A program made the translations under genes and the position numbers. A DNA stretch of 20,581 bases, from positions 1-20,581 of the forward strand of contig JAWBTQ010000021.1 in assembly GCA_038841535.1 (NCBI GenBank), written 5' to 3'. Positions 8,333 to 17,442 of this stretch are shown in pieces. The notes below the pieces were generated by a model, which was not told the origin of the DNA, ran no database searches, and saw only the letters and a list, made by a program, of their open reading frames with translations. Positions within the stretch are counted from its first letter, which is position 1, and each line of letters opens with the position of its first letter. Source of the stretch: Sulfolobales archaeon (lineage in GTDB: Archaea; Thermoproteota; Thermoprotei_A; Sulfolobales; NBVN01).

Positions 8333-9331
8333 TTAGTACTCGTTTAGAGCTTTTCTAGGTGTTAGGGGTAGTGCCTCAACAACTCTACCGAGCTCGAGGC
8401 TAGCCCCCACTCTAGGGTGAGTAAAGCAAGTACTACCGAACTTAAAGACTAAACCTACAGGCACCAGCTTCTCGAGCTCCCCGTAGCACTCTACTTCAAC
8501 CCACTTAACTAGACCATAACCCAGCTCCTCGAAAACCCTCCTAGTAGCTAAAGCCCTCCTCCACAACCTCCTCGGGTACTGATAGACGTCCTTGTAGAGC
8601 GCTGGACAGTAGTGAACCGAGAGATCCAAACCTGTTTCCTCAACCCACTTAAGTACTTCAAGAGCTACTTCTCTAGAGCCCTCTACAGACCTCCCACTAC
8701 TAGAGACTCGAAACCCTCTGAGCGATATTAAGTCAAAGTTTAACTCACTTACTTCTAGCTCGTTCAAGTTTACGTATCTAACACCGAGACTACTCAAAGC
8801 AGAAACCAGCTTCTTAAGCCTCTCGCTATCACTCGGGATAGCCGGGTTCTCCACTACGATATCCACGGGGTAGTCGAGGGCTAGCTCGACAGCATCCAGA
8901 GACCGATCCGAGACTACGTGAACTCTCAACTCATCTAGACCAGCACCAACTAGTCTACCCATAGACTCTCCATCGAGTCCAACACCGGAAGTATAGAGGT
9001 GGACGTGGAATCTACTACCGAAGACGTCCTTAAGTAGCTTAATGACTTCGAGAACTCTATCTAGAACTAGGAGAGGCTCTCCACCGGTAATACCCACACC
9101 TTCGGACATAGACGCAGCTACTTCCTCAACTAAGTCCCTCAAGCTCTCAACCACTACGTCGTTTACGTATACTACGTCCCTACCCTTCCTCTGATGTGAG
9201 ATAGGGCAGTAGTAGCAACCAACACTACACAAACCAGTAGCAAAAACAACGGACTTAGCCCCGGACATGCAGAGTCTGCAACCAGTAGGAAGCCCACCGA
9301 CCCAGTATCCAAGCTCCTCACTACCTCTAAT
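8333..9331 (-). CDS. Radical SAM protein (uncharacterised archaeal Fe-S oxidoreductase, COG2108-like)
   Basis: GLCSVGCYYC (CxxxCxxC), ITGGEP, HVHLYTSG, GLDELRVH, NLNELE and VHYC. The N-terminal GLPTGCRLC motif lies upstream of the ORF-track ATG at 9268, so the start is inferred at ATT 9331. Confidence 0.9.
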   Translation of the reverse strand: MRGSEELGYWVGGLPTGCRLCMSGAKSVVFATGLCSVGCYYCPISHQRKGRDVVYVNDVVVESLRDLVEEVAASMSEGVGITGGEPLLVLDRVLEVIKLLKDVFGSRFHVHLYTSGVGLDGESMGRLVGAGLDELRVHVVSDRSLDAVELALDYPVDIVVENPAIPSDSERLKKLVSALSSLGVRYVNLNELEVSELNFDLISLRGFRVSSSGRSVEGSREVALEVLKWVEETGLDLSVHYCPALYKDVYQYPRRLWRRALATRRVFEELGYGLVKWVEVECYGELEKLVPVGLVFKFGSTCFTHPRVGASLELGRVVEALPLTPRKALNEY

Positions 9332-9367
9332 CTCTCTAGCACCTCCAGATGCGTAGGTTGCGAGAAC

Positions 9368-9373
9368 TTATTA
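9368..9373 (+). promoter_or_regulatory. Candidate TATA box for a + strand small RNA
   Basis: TTATTA preceded by purine-rich GAGAA, about 25 nt upstream of the hairpin that begins at 9396. Confidence 0.35.
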
Positions 9374-9395
9374 GCCTAAAACATTACTAGATCAC

Positions 9396-9458
9396 GGCCC
9401 CGCTACCACACATCGCCTCAAGGAGCTCGAGTAGGGCGATGAAGATGTGGGGCGGTCA
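9396..9458 (+). ncRNA. Candidate single-hairpin H/ACA-like guide RNA
   Basis: Lower stem GCCCCGC/GTGGGGC, internal pocket, upper stem CATCGCC/GGCGATG, terminal TCA. GC-rich island in an intergenic gap. No clean K-turn seen. Confidence 0.45.
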
Positions 9459-9460
9459 GT

Positions 9461-9748
9461 CTAGCGGGGTACAGTCCAGGCAGTAACTTTCTTAGCGGTA
9501 GCTACAGCCCTATCTAAGCACTCGACTTTATCGAGACCGAAAACGAAGTTTTCATCACCTAGAGCAAATTCGTAGAGGTAATTCCCGTTGGAACACGAAA
9601 TAGACACAAAAAGGTAGAAGTCCTCACATAACTCAACAACAACGATGTGGTAGCTACCGTAAGACTCTACCCTCAACTTACCCAAGCCCTCAGACTCCAG
9701 CAACCTAGATAACCTCCTGGCTTCACCCCTATGGTCACAGCTCAACAT
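9461..9748 (-). CDS. Hypothetical protein
   Basis: 95-aa ORF, ATG preceded by GGTGGTGG, fills the gap between known genes. Confidence 0.65.
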   Translation of the reverse strand: MLSCDHRGEARRLSRLLESEGLGKLRVESYGSYHIVVVELCEDFYLFVSISCSNGNYLYEFALGDENFVFGLDKVECLDRAVATAKKVTAWTVPR

Positions 9749-9965
9749 ACCACCACCTAGAGATCACTAACAGCTATTGAAGAACTTCGTTAAACCTGCG
9801 ACTACTCCGAGCTAAAAACGAAAACCGAAGGAGCTAGGACGATGAAATTGTCGAAATTAGATGGACGAAGAGGGAAGAGAGCTTACTTAGTGTAAAACAT
9901 TTAACTAACAACATCTTACGTTAGTGCTTACCGTAAGTGCTTTAAACATGAGCTAGAATAGAGCT

Positions 9966-10907
9966 GTGGTGATAGCCGTGAGTAAGCCGGCTATTGCTGT
10001 TCACGTGGGTGCCGGAAGATGGTCTCGAGAGCAGAAGGTGATAGAAGAGATCGTAGAGCTAGTGCGGAGCTCTCTTGACGCCGGTCTTAGGGCTGGTGAG
10101 ACGGGTTCCTCTCTAGATATGGTTGTTCAAGCCGTTAGGGTACTGGAGGATTCCGGGATAGTGAACGCCGGTGCCGGAAGTACCGTCGACCTCACCGGCT
10201 CAGTGAGTATGGACGCTGGAGTTATGTACAGTAAGACGGGTAGAGCTGGTGCTGTAGCTTACGTAAAGTACCCCAGGAACCCCGTAGTTCTAGCGAAATA
10301 CGTACTCGAGCAAACAGACCACGTTCTCGTAGCTGGTGAAGCAGCCGATAGACTAGCTGAAAGGTTAGGGCTACCGCGTCACCCGGGTGTATCGGCTAGA
10401 GTTAGAAACCTTTACGAAGATGCCGTACGCAAGATCCGGTATGGGGAAGTTCCGCAGAGATTCTACTCTAGGTCGCTGGAGCTCTGGTTAAGGTTCTTTG
10501 GGATCGGTGATACCGTAGGTGCTGTAGCAGTAGATAAAGACGGCGAACTTGCTGCTGCAACAAGTACCGGTGGTGTATTCCTAAAGATGCCTGGTAGAGT
10601 AGGTGACTCACCTATCGCTGGTGCCGGGTTTTACGCAAGTAGGTGTGGAGCTGCTTCAGCTACTGGAATAGGTGAGTTCATCATTCTCTACGGCTTAAGC
10701 AGGAAAGCAGTTGATTCCCTATGTGAAAACGGCGACCCTGTGTCGGTCGCTGAGGAAGTAATGAAAGACTTCACTAGTAAGTACGGAGGAGATACTGCCG
10801 GCTTGATACTGATAGATAGAGACGGCAGAGCACATGGCGCGTACAACACTCAAGCAATGCCATGGGGTTACGCAACAAAGGAGTTCGTCAAGGTCTTCGG
10901 CTTCTAA
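9966..10907 (+). CDS. iaaA: Isoaspartyl peptidase / L-asparaginase (Ntn-hydrolase, plant-type)
   Basis: AVHVGAG, LEDSGIVNAGAGS, MDAG, autocleavage site GD|TVGAVA, ATSTGG, GRVGDSP and TGIGE motifs. Confidence 0.93.
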   Translation: MVIAVSKPAIAVHVGAGRWSREQKVIEEIVELVRSSLDAGLRAGETGSSLDMVVQAVRVLEDSGIVNAGAGSTVDLTGSVSMDAGVMYSKTGRAGAVAYVKYPRNPVVLAKYVLEQTDHVLVAGEAADRLAERLGLPRHPGVSARVRNLYEDAVRKIRYGEVPQRFYSRSLELWLRFFGIGDTVGAVAVDKDGELAAATSTGGVFLKMPGRVGDSPIAGAGFYASRCGAASATGIGEFIILYGLSRKAVDSLCENGDPVSVAEEVMKDFTSKYGGDTAGLILIDRDGRAHGAYNTQAMPWGYATKEFVKVFGF

Positions 10908-10983
10908 GACCGTAACTCAATTTTTCGTCTCTAGGTGGTATGCTTCCCACTTAGTCAACCGATTAAGCCGCTACATACTCTAA

Positions 10984-11373
10984 CTAAGGGCACACATCTT
11001 TATGCTTCTCGCAGATACTCGCCATCTTTTCGACCAGCTCGACAGCTTTAGCTAAGCTACCTACCACAGATCTTGCCACTACTGACGGTATATCTGCCCT
11101 GAGCTCGTAGGCTATGTTTATCAGCGCTCCCTCCTCAACTAGTAAGAGGAAGAGTCTGAACCTCCTTGAGTACTCTTCGAGTAGGTAAGAATCTAAGTAG
11201 TCACCTGGGAGAGGGATCTGTATTAAGGCAACGTAAGTACCTCCTTCCTCAACTATCCTTACCTCTAAGCCGCCGAAGTTGAGAGCTATCTGGGAACCGC
11301 AGATCTCACAACTAATTCCGTACTTCATAGAGACCTCGTCTATCTTTACTGTCTCTAGGAGTGAGTCTCTCAA
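10984..11373 (-). CDS. Hypothetical protein (CxxC motif), probably co-transcribed with htrA
   Basis: 129-aa ORF starting 18 nt after the HtrA stop; contains CEIC. Confidence 0.75.
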   Translation of the reverse strand: MRDSLLETVKIDEVSMKYGISCEICGSQIALNFGGLEVRIVEEGGTYVALIQIPLPGDYLDSYLLEEYSRRFRLFLLLVEEGALINIAYELRADIPSVVARSVVGSLAKAVELVEKMASICEKHKDVCP

Positions 11374-11391
11374 GATCGCACCAGCGACTAT

Positions 11392-12393
11392 CTACAGTTC
11401 TTGAACTACTATAGGAACCTGCAGTACTAGCCTCTTGCCTCCCCTAATTATCTCTAGATCTATGTATCCCCTCTCTATGCTGTCTTCAATTGCCTCTCTT
11501 AGGTCCCTAACTTTCTTAACTTCTCTCTGGCCTGCTTTAACTATTACGTCACCCTCTCTGATTCTTACTCTATAGGCAGGTGTGCCCGGAGCTACCTTAA
11601 CTACATATACACCCTCCGTTACCGGTAGACCCATGACTCTAGCTGTAGACTTACTTATGTTGGCTACGTAAACACCGATCCAAGCTCTAATCGGTTTTCC
11701 ATACCTCCTCAGCATCTCGAGAAACCTCTTGACTGTATTTATGGGTATAGCGAAGCCTATTCCCTGAGCGTAGGGGACTATAGCTGTTGTAACTCCAACA
11801 GCTTCACCACTCGAGTTCACGAGTGGACCTCCACTATTGCCAGGATTTATCGCCGCATCCGTCTGTATTAGGTCTTCCAATATGATCTCCTCTCCAGCTA
11901 TAGTCCTACCGAGAGCGCTCACAACACCGAGAGTAACCGAAGGTCCCGGAAGCCCTAGTGGAGAGCCGATAGCTAGGACTATATCTCCAACTCTAATAGT
12001 GTCAGAGTCACCCATAGGTAGCGGTCTAGTACCACTAGTGACCTCTACTAAAGCCAAGTCTTTCGTTGGGTCAACGGCTAAAACCTCAGCTTCCTCGTGA
12101 GAGCCGTCAGAGTAGATTACCGTGATTCTCGCCGCACTTCTAACTACGTGTGCGTTAGTTATTGCGAAACCGGGAGAAAAAACGAAGCCGGAGCCGTACC
12201 CTGTTATCGGTCTCTCACCGAACAGCATGGCTGGATGCGGCATTTCCGTAGCTATAGTGATTACAGAATCCTTCACGCTCTCAACAAGCCTTGATACAGC
12301 ATTACTTATCTCAACTAAGTTAACCAAGCTACCACCGTAGTTAGGTTTCTCTAAAGACCGTATTATATTTTGACCTGGGTCGAATATAATCAT
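11392..12393 (-). CDS. htrA: HtrA/DegP-family trypsin-like serine protease with one PDZ domain
   Basis: GSGF, TNAHVV (His), DLAL (Asp), IQTDAAINPGNSGGPL (Ser), GIGFAIP, and a C-terminal PDZ domain (WIGV...GVYV..V.PGTPA...GDVI). Confidence 0.95.
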   Translation of the reverse strand: MIIFDPGQNIIRSLEKPNYGGSLVNLVEISNAVSRLVESVKDSVITIATEMPHPAMLFGERPITGYGSGFVFSPGFAITNAHVVRSAARITVIYSDGSHEEAEVLAVDPTKDLALVEVTSGTRPLPMGDSDTIRVGDIVLAIGSPLGLPGPSVTLGVVSALGRTIAGEEIILEDLIQTDAAINPGNSGGPLVNSSGEAVGVTTAIVPYAQGIGFAIPINTVKRFLEMLRRYGKPIRAWIGVYVANISKSTARVMGLPVTEGVYVVKVAPGTPAYRVRIREGDVIVKAGQREVKKVRDLREAIEDSIERGYIDLEIIRGGKRLVLQVPIVVQEL

Positions 12394-12464
12394 GTATAAA
12401 CATGTATTGAGCTAAACAAAAGATTTTTAAGCAAGCAAACAGTATATAAATATGGTATTAGCAG

Positions 12465-12713
12465 ATGGGCGTAAGTATAAGTATCTACTCACTGCAGGAC
12501 GTAGCTCGCACAGTAAGCACACTTCAGTCCTTAGCTGAATCACTTCAAAGTGTAATTATACACACTCTCAAACTCGTAGTAAGTCAGTCGAGTAAGCTAG
12601 TAAGACAGAAAGACTACGTAAGTAAAGACAAAGTAGAACTAGCTTTCTGGATCCACAAAGCATTCGTAGTAGGGTTCGTGCTAGCACTGGCTATAACGTC
12701 ACTAAAAGGCTGA
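12465..12713 (+). CDS. Small hypothetical protein with C-terminal TM helix
   Basis: 82-aa ORF divergent from htrA, AT-rich TATA-like upstream region, T-run downstream (~12748). Confidence 0.55.
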   Translation: MGVSISIYSLQDVARTVSTLQSLAESLQSVIIHTLKLVVSQSSKLVRQKDYVSKDKVELAFWIHKAFVVGFVLALAITSLKG

Positions 12714-12865
12714 TAAACTATCCTCGAAGCGCGTTATCCATCTAAAGTTTTTTATGGAATTGGGTCTGCACACTACTTCACGCTTGCCTACTCATGTTTG
12801 AAGAGTGTAATTCACTGCGAGTGTTGGTACCTTAAAGTGCGACGATCCCTAAAGGTTTCAATTTG

Positions 12866-13951
12866 TTAGACTGAGTATACTTCTTCACCTTTCTTTGGGT
12901 AGACTAATACGTTGTGTTGAGGTACGTAGAACCTGATGGATTCACCGAGCGGTAAACTAAAGTCGGGAGGTAAGTATATCAACATCTTACCGAGCTTTGT
13001 TTCAACTCTTACTTCGAGGTGCTCGCCTAAGTATGACACTAGAGATATCTTTCCGAAGAACTCGTTGTCTCTATCGCTCGATGGCTTAAGGTAGGCGCCA
13101 TGTGGTCTAAAAACCGCATAGGCTCCCTCACCTACCGAGGGCTTGACGTCTCCAGAGGGTAGAACACCTATAATTCTTACTCCAGATGACTCTATAGACA
13201 CCGTATCGCCCTCTACTTCCCTAACTACACCCTCCAAGATGTTGTACTTACCGATAAAGGTGGCTACAAAGAGTGTTCTAGGTCTTCCGTAGAGTTCTTC
13301 AGGGCTACCGATTTGAACGACTCTACCACGGTTCATTACGGCTATCCTATCTGATAGAACCATGGCCTCCTCTTGGTCGTGCGTGACGTAGACTGCGGTA
13401 ATATTGAGGCTTTTCTGAATTCTCTTGAGTTCTTCCCTCATTTCAATGCGTAGCTTTGCGTCTAGGTTACTTAATGGTTCGTCGAGCAGGAGGGCCTTGG
13501 GCTCGACCACTAAGGCTCTCGCTAGTGCAACTCTCTGCTGCTGACCTCCGGATAGCTGCGTTGGGTACCTGTCTTCAAGTCCCTCAAGTCGAACTAGCTC
13601 CAAGACTTCCTTCACCTTCCTACGTATCTCCTCCTTCGGGTATTTCCTTACCTTAAGCCCGTATGCGACGTTCTCGAATACCGACATGTGGGGCCAGAGT
13701 GCGTAGTTTTGGAAAACCATTGCTGTGTCTCTCTTGTGGGGAGGTAGGTAAGTGATATCCGCACCGTCCATTATTACTCTGCCTTCGTCAGGGATCTCTA
13801 GACCAGCTATAATCCTCAGCGTAGTAGTTTTTCCGCATCCGGAGGGGCCTAGGAAGGTAAAGAACTCCCCTTTCTCTATTTCAACACTGACCTTATCTAC
13901 AGCCACAACCTTGCCAAATCTCTTGCTGACTTGAACCAGCTCTATCGACAT
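12866..13951 (-). CDS. ABC transporter ATP-binding subunit, PotA/FbpC (Fe3+/polyamine) type, with TOBE domain
   Basis: Walker [45 protein letters not shown] and YVTHDQEEA. Confidence 0.96.
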   Translation of the reverse strand: MSIELVQVSKRFGKVVAVDKVSVEIEKGEFFTFLGPSGCGKTTTLRIIAGLEIPDEGRVIMDGADITYLPPHKRDTAMVFQNYALWPHMSVFENVAYGLKVRKYPKEEIRRKVKEVLELVRLEGLEDRYPTQLSGGQQQRVALARALVVEPKALLLDEPLSNLDAKLRIEMREELKRIQKSLNITAVYVTHDQEEAMVLSDRIAVMNRGRVVQIGSPEELYGRPRTLFVATFIGKYNILEGVVREVEGDTVSIESSGVRIIGVLPSGDVKPSVGEGAYAVFRPHGAYLKPSSDRDNEFFGKISLVSYLGEHLEVRVETKLGKMLIYLPPDFSLPLGESIRFYVPQHNVLVYPKKGEEVYSV

Positions 13952-13952
13952 C

Positions 13953-15830
13953 CTAGACCCCTAGGAAGGATACCCTCTGTCTTAAAATAGTGTTAGAGGT
14001 CACTATAGAGGCTAGCTGTAGAATCATGAGGAGAACGCAAGCAGCTGCGGCAGCTGAAACAGCACCTAGGGTTTGACCACCGATTCTATCACTTATCCAG
14101 TAAGTAAGTGGAGCTCTCTCAGGGTCTCTAGCACCGAGGAGTAAGCTCGTACTGACCTCGTTCATAGAGTACACGAAGGCCGTTAAAGCACCCGCTACTA
14201 CGTTACCTATAATTAGAGGTAAGATGACAGTTAGATATACTCTATTTCTCGACGCCCCCAGGTTGTGGGCTGCTTCTTCTAAGCTGATGTGTACCTGCTG
14301 TAGCCCTGCATATATCGGTCTCACTACAAAAGGTATTCTCCTAGCAGAGTACGTGAAGACTAGCAGGTTGGTTGGGTAGTCTACAGGGCTGAGTATAGTC
14401 CCCTTAAAGTAGGTGTTGAAGAACGTCATGTAACCTACTCCAACAACTATTCCAGGTATTGCGATAGGGAGGGTTGCCAGAAGGTCTAGAACATCGGAGC
14501 CCGGAACCCTCCTTCTTGAGGTAATGTAAGCAAGCCCCCCACCTACTAAAACCATTACGGATAGAGCCATAAGGGAGTATCGGACGCTATTACCAATAGC
14601 CCTCACTATGTCGGCGTCGGAAGCTATAGTGAGGAAGTACTCTATACGGAAGTTCCTCGGTGCCGTACCCGTAATAGCCCAGTCAGAGAAAGCCATTAGT
14701 ACAGTACCCACCTGAGGAAACGATGTGATCGCGAGTATCATGGCTAGCCCTATCGGTACAGCGAGTCTTCTCCATCCTCTCACAGATCTCACTCTAGGTG
14801 CCCACCTGCCTCCCTTACTAAGCATGGCATACTGCCTCAAGGAGACATAGCTCCGTATCAGTATGAAGCCAACTGAAGATATGAGCAACATTAAGAAAGT
14901 TACGGCGTAAGCACTTCTAGACACGAGCTCCAGAGCGTAAGCTTTCCTGAAGTGATCGTAAACATCGTAAGATAAGAGCTTATTGTGGAGACCTAAACCA
15001 AACGCAGCCTTCACCCCTATCGGGGCTCCGAGGTCCTCGAGGCTGAAAATAAACACGAGAGCAGCACCAGCAGCAACACCAGGTAGGGAGAGCGGAAACG
15101 TTATAGTTCTAAACAAGCGCAAACCTGAAGATCCAAGGTTCTCGGCCTGCTCTTCTAGAGATGGGTCGAGGTTGATCATAGAAGCATACGCGTTAAGGTA
15201 TACTATGGGGAAGAAGCTGAGGGATTGAACTAAGATAACGGCCGGCAGACCTACTAGCTCTATAGTTACGTTCTTAAAGCCGAGGACCTCTCTAACGAAC
15301 GAGTTTATCAGTCCGTCCCTACCAAAGACTCTACCGATTACGTACCCATTAACAAATGGTGTAGCTAGTAGGGGGACTATGAGAAGGACTCCGAAGACTG
15401 TCTTTCCGGGGAACCTATAGCGGGACATTACGAACGCAGCTATGACTCCGAGAACGGTAGCTAACGCCGCAGTTGTAAAAGACACGAAGAGAGAATTCAC
15501 AAGCTTCCCGAAATCTGGACCGTACCTCCCTATCGACACTATGTAGCCTAGTGGAACAACAGTGCCGTTCACAATCCCGTATACAGGCTCTATCCTGACT
15601 GTCTCGAGTAAAGGCGGTAGTCTAACGTACTCCGGGTTCGTTAGGACGTCTATTATTGGACTGAGCGAGAATGTTCCTTTATCAAGAAAAGCCTCAACGG
15701 CCGAGGAAAGGACGGGAAGAACGAGAAACAAGGTGAAGAAGGTTACGGCTAGAGCCAGGTTCATAGCTATAAAGAAGTCGAGCTTTCCAAGAACTTTTTT
15801 CGCCACCGATGCCCTCTCGATGGAACGCAT
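13953..15830 (-). CDS. ABC transporter permease, fused two-domain FbpB type
   Basis: Many TM helices and two EAA loops ([18 protein letters not shown]); stop lies 1 nt from the ATPase ATG. Confidence 0.95.
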   Translation of the reverse strand: MRSIERASVAKKVLGKLDFFIAMNLALAVTFFTLFLVLPVLSSAVEAFLDKGTFSLSPIIDVLTNPEYVRLPPLLETVRIEPVYGIVNGTVVPLGYIVSIGRYGPDFGKLVNSLFVSFTTAALATVLGVIAAFVMSRYRFPGKTVFGVLLIVPLLATPFVNGYVIGRVFGRDGLINSFVREVLGFKNVTIELVGLPAVILVQSLSFFPIVYLNAYASMINLDPSLEEQAENLGSSGLRLFRTITFPLSLPGVAAGAALVFIFSLEDLGAPIGVKAAFGLGLHNKLLSYDVYDHFRKAYALELVSRSAYAVTFLMLLISSVGFILIRSYVSLRQYAMLSKGGRWAPRVRSVRGWRRLAVPIGLAMILAITSFPQVGTVLMAFSDWAITGTAPRNFRIEYFLTIASDADIVRAIGNSVRYSLMALSVMVLVGGGLAYITSRRRVPGSDVLDLLATLPIAIPGIVVGVGYMTFFNTYFKGTILSPVDYPTNLLVFTYSARRIPFVVRPIYAGLQQVHISLEEAAHNLGASRNRVYLTVILPLIIGNVVAGALTAFVYSMNEVSTSLLLGARDPERAPLTYWISDRIGGQTLGAVSAAAAACVLLMILQLASIVTSNTILRQRVSFLGV

Positions 15831-15844
15831 TAACTCGCTCCTTG

Positions 15845-15872
15845 AAAACTTTTATTCTAGTCCTTAAAAACA
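15845..15872. promoter_or_regulatory. Interleaved divergent TATA boxes
   Basis: GAAAACTTTTATT on + (~15850-15856) and TTTTTAAG on - (15863-15870), both inside the 58-bp spacer. Confidence 0.5.
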
Positions 15873-15888
15873 TGCTTGTGGTGAAAGC

Positions 15889-17244
15889 TTGAGTACTAAG
15901 AAGGCGGCCTTGCTCTTAGCTTTAACAATAGCTCTCGCCGTATACTCTGTTCCAACCAGGGGAGCAGTCAGTTATGTTGTAGTAATAGACCTAACTCATG
16001 GACAGGGAGTCAAAGGTCTCGATGTATTCCTAAAGACTATGTACGATGCTGAAGTGTACCTCATAGTGTCATCTAAGGAGTTCTACGATGCCCTAACCCC
16101 GCAGGTAAAAGCTTTAGTAACAGGGTATTACGTAGGTGACTTGTCTAAGTTTAAGGACCCTGCTACGGGTAGAGAGTACACCCTCTCGGGCATATATACA
16201 GACCTCCTCATAATCCCCCAGCCGACCTCCCCTATTAAGGACGCTGAGGTAGCCGCAATCGTAGACTACTTAAAAACTAGGGGTGGGGGTCTATGGATAG
16301 CTGGAGATAGTGACTATGGAGCAGGTGAAGACGTGATTAAGCTAGTGAATGATTTCATGATCGCTATAGGTGCTAGCATAGTACTAGACCAACTGTCGAT
16401 AGCAGACCCGGTATCGAACTGTGGTGCTGACTACAGGGTTGTGGCCCTAATTGAGCCACCGGAGGACCTAGGATTCCTAGCGTATGGAGCTAAGAAAATA
16501 CTCATGCACGGTCCCGGTGTTGTAGCTTACTACGATCGCGCAACAGGTATGATGCTACCGCTCACTAAAGTACTGGGTACGAGGAGCGACATCAAGGTTA
16601 TCGTTTGGAGCTCGTCGAACGGTACTATTGTTGAGAACAACGCAAAGATACGGGGAGTAGCTTACGAAGTCGGTTCTGTCGGCAGGTTCCCAATGGTAGT
16701 AGCTCAAGTAATGCCGGAGTATAAGAACGCTGTCGTGGTTCTCTCGAGTGAGACGCCTATTGGGGGCTACCAGCCCATGATCACAGCACAGTACTACTTA
16801 GTCTACCTAGATGGACCGAGATTCGTGCGAAACGTCGTTCTATGGGCATCGAAGTACATGGGTGAGCTAAGCTACGTCGATAAGGTGGATACCAGGCTAA
16901 GCCGGCTTGAATCAGATCTAGCAATAACAAAGGATTCGGTATCTAGGACCCTCACGCAGCTCGAGAACTCGATTAAAGCTCTGGAGACCGGACTGAAGAC
17001 CGAGGTAGACAAGATCAACAGTAGGCTGTCTAAAGTAGAAAGTGGACTAACCGACCTCTCAACAAAGCTACAGCAACTAGCTACTACGGCCTCTACTCTC
17101 TCCCAAGACCTTTCTGGAGTTAAAGCCAGTGTGAGCTCTCTTAGTGATAACCTATCGACTATTAGTACTGTAGCATATGTAGCACTAGCTATAGCAGCAA
17201 TAGGTCTCGTGATATCACTAGTTCAGCTATTCCGGAAGAAGTAG
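15889..17244 (+). CDS. Membrane-anchored surface protein: signal peptide, GIFT/DUF4350 (class I GATase-like) domain, coiled-coil stalk, C-terminal TM
   Basis: MSTKK followed by a hydrophobic signal; VVIDLTHGQ; DLLIIPQP...EVAAIVDYLKTRGGGLWIAGDSDY; ~95 aa of heptads (LSRLESDL...LSDNLS); TM helix and FRKK tail. The domain call is from motif memory. Confidence 0.75.
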   Translation: MSTKKAALLLALTIALAVYSVPTRGAVSYVVVIDLTHGQGVKGLDVFLKTMYDAEVYLIVSSKEFYDALTPQVKALVTGYYVGDLSKFKDPATGREYTLSGIYTDLLIIPQPTSPIKDAEVAAIVDYLKTRGGGLWIAGDSDYGAGEDVIKLVNDFMIAIGASIVLDQLSIADPVSNCGADYRVVALIEPPEDLGFLAYGAKKILMHGPGVVAYYDRATGMMLPLTKVLGTRSDIKVIVWSSSNGTIVENNAKIRGVAYEVGSVGRFPMVVAQVMPEYKNAVVVLSSETPIGGYQPMITAQYYLVYLDGPRFVRNVVLWASKYMGELSYVDKVDTRLSRLESDLAITKDSVSRTLTQLENSIKALETGLKTEVDKINSRLSKVESGLTDLSTKLQQLATTASTLSQDLSGVKASVSSLSDNLSTISTVAYVALAIAAIGLVISLVQLFRKK

Positions 17245-17261
17245 CTTTGAGACGATCAAAA

Positions 17262-17274
17262 CTTTTTTATTTTA
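17262..17274 (+). terminator. Oligo-T archaeal terminator
   Basis: CTTTTTTATTTTT about 18 nt after the stop codon. Confidence 0.65.
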
Positions 17275-17442
17275 CTTCAAGTTTGAGACTCCTACTAGAT
17301 ACTTATCTACTTATTACTTGACTACCTACTTAACCACAAACCGCTATCGAGGAACTAAGGCTTGAGTGCTTCATAAAAGCTCGCGTTTTAGTGTCTCCGC
17401 AGAGCCACTAAAAAAGCTTCGGGCATACTTAGTTGGTGTCGA

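Noticed and set aside
9396-9469. Fluoride riboswitch or SECIS reading of the GGCGATG hairpin
   Set aside because: It lacks the downstream pseudoknot motif and a crcB-type gene, and no in-frame TGA selenoprotein is nearby.
9831-9885. Possible C/D box sRNA (ACGATGA ... TGGACGA, with terminal GAGCT/AGCTT)
   Set aside because: No CTGA D or D' box and no guide target recognised.
3679-12862. Scattered GTTTCAAT/ATTGAAAC (3679, 3936, 5770, 12855) resembling CRISPR repeat ends
   Set aside because: No regular spacing, flanks do not match beyond 8-10 nt, and there are no cas genes.
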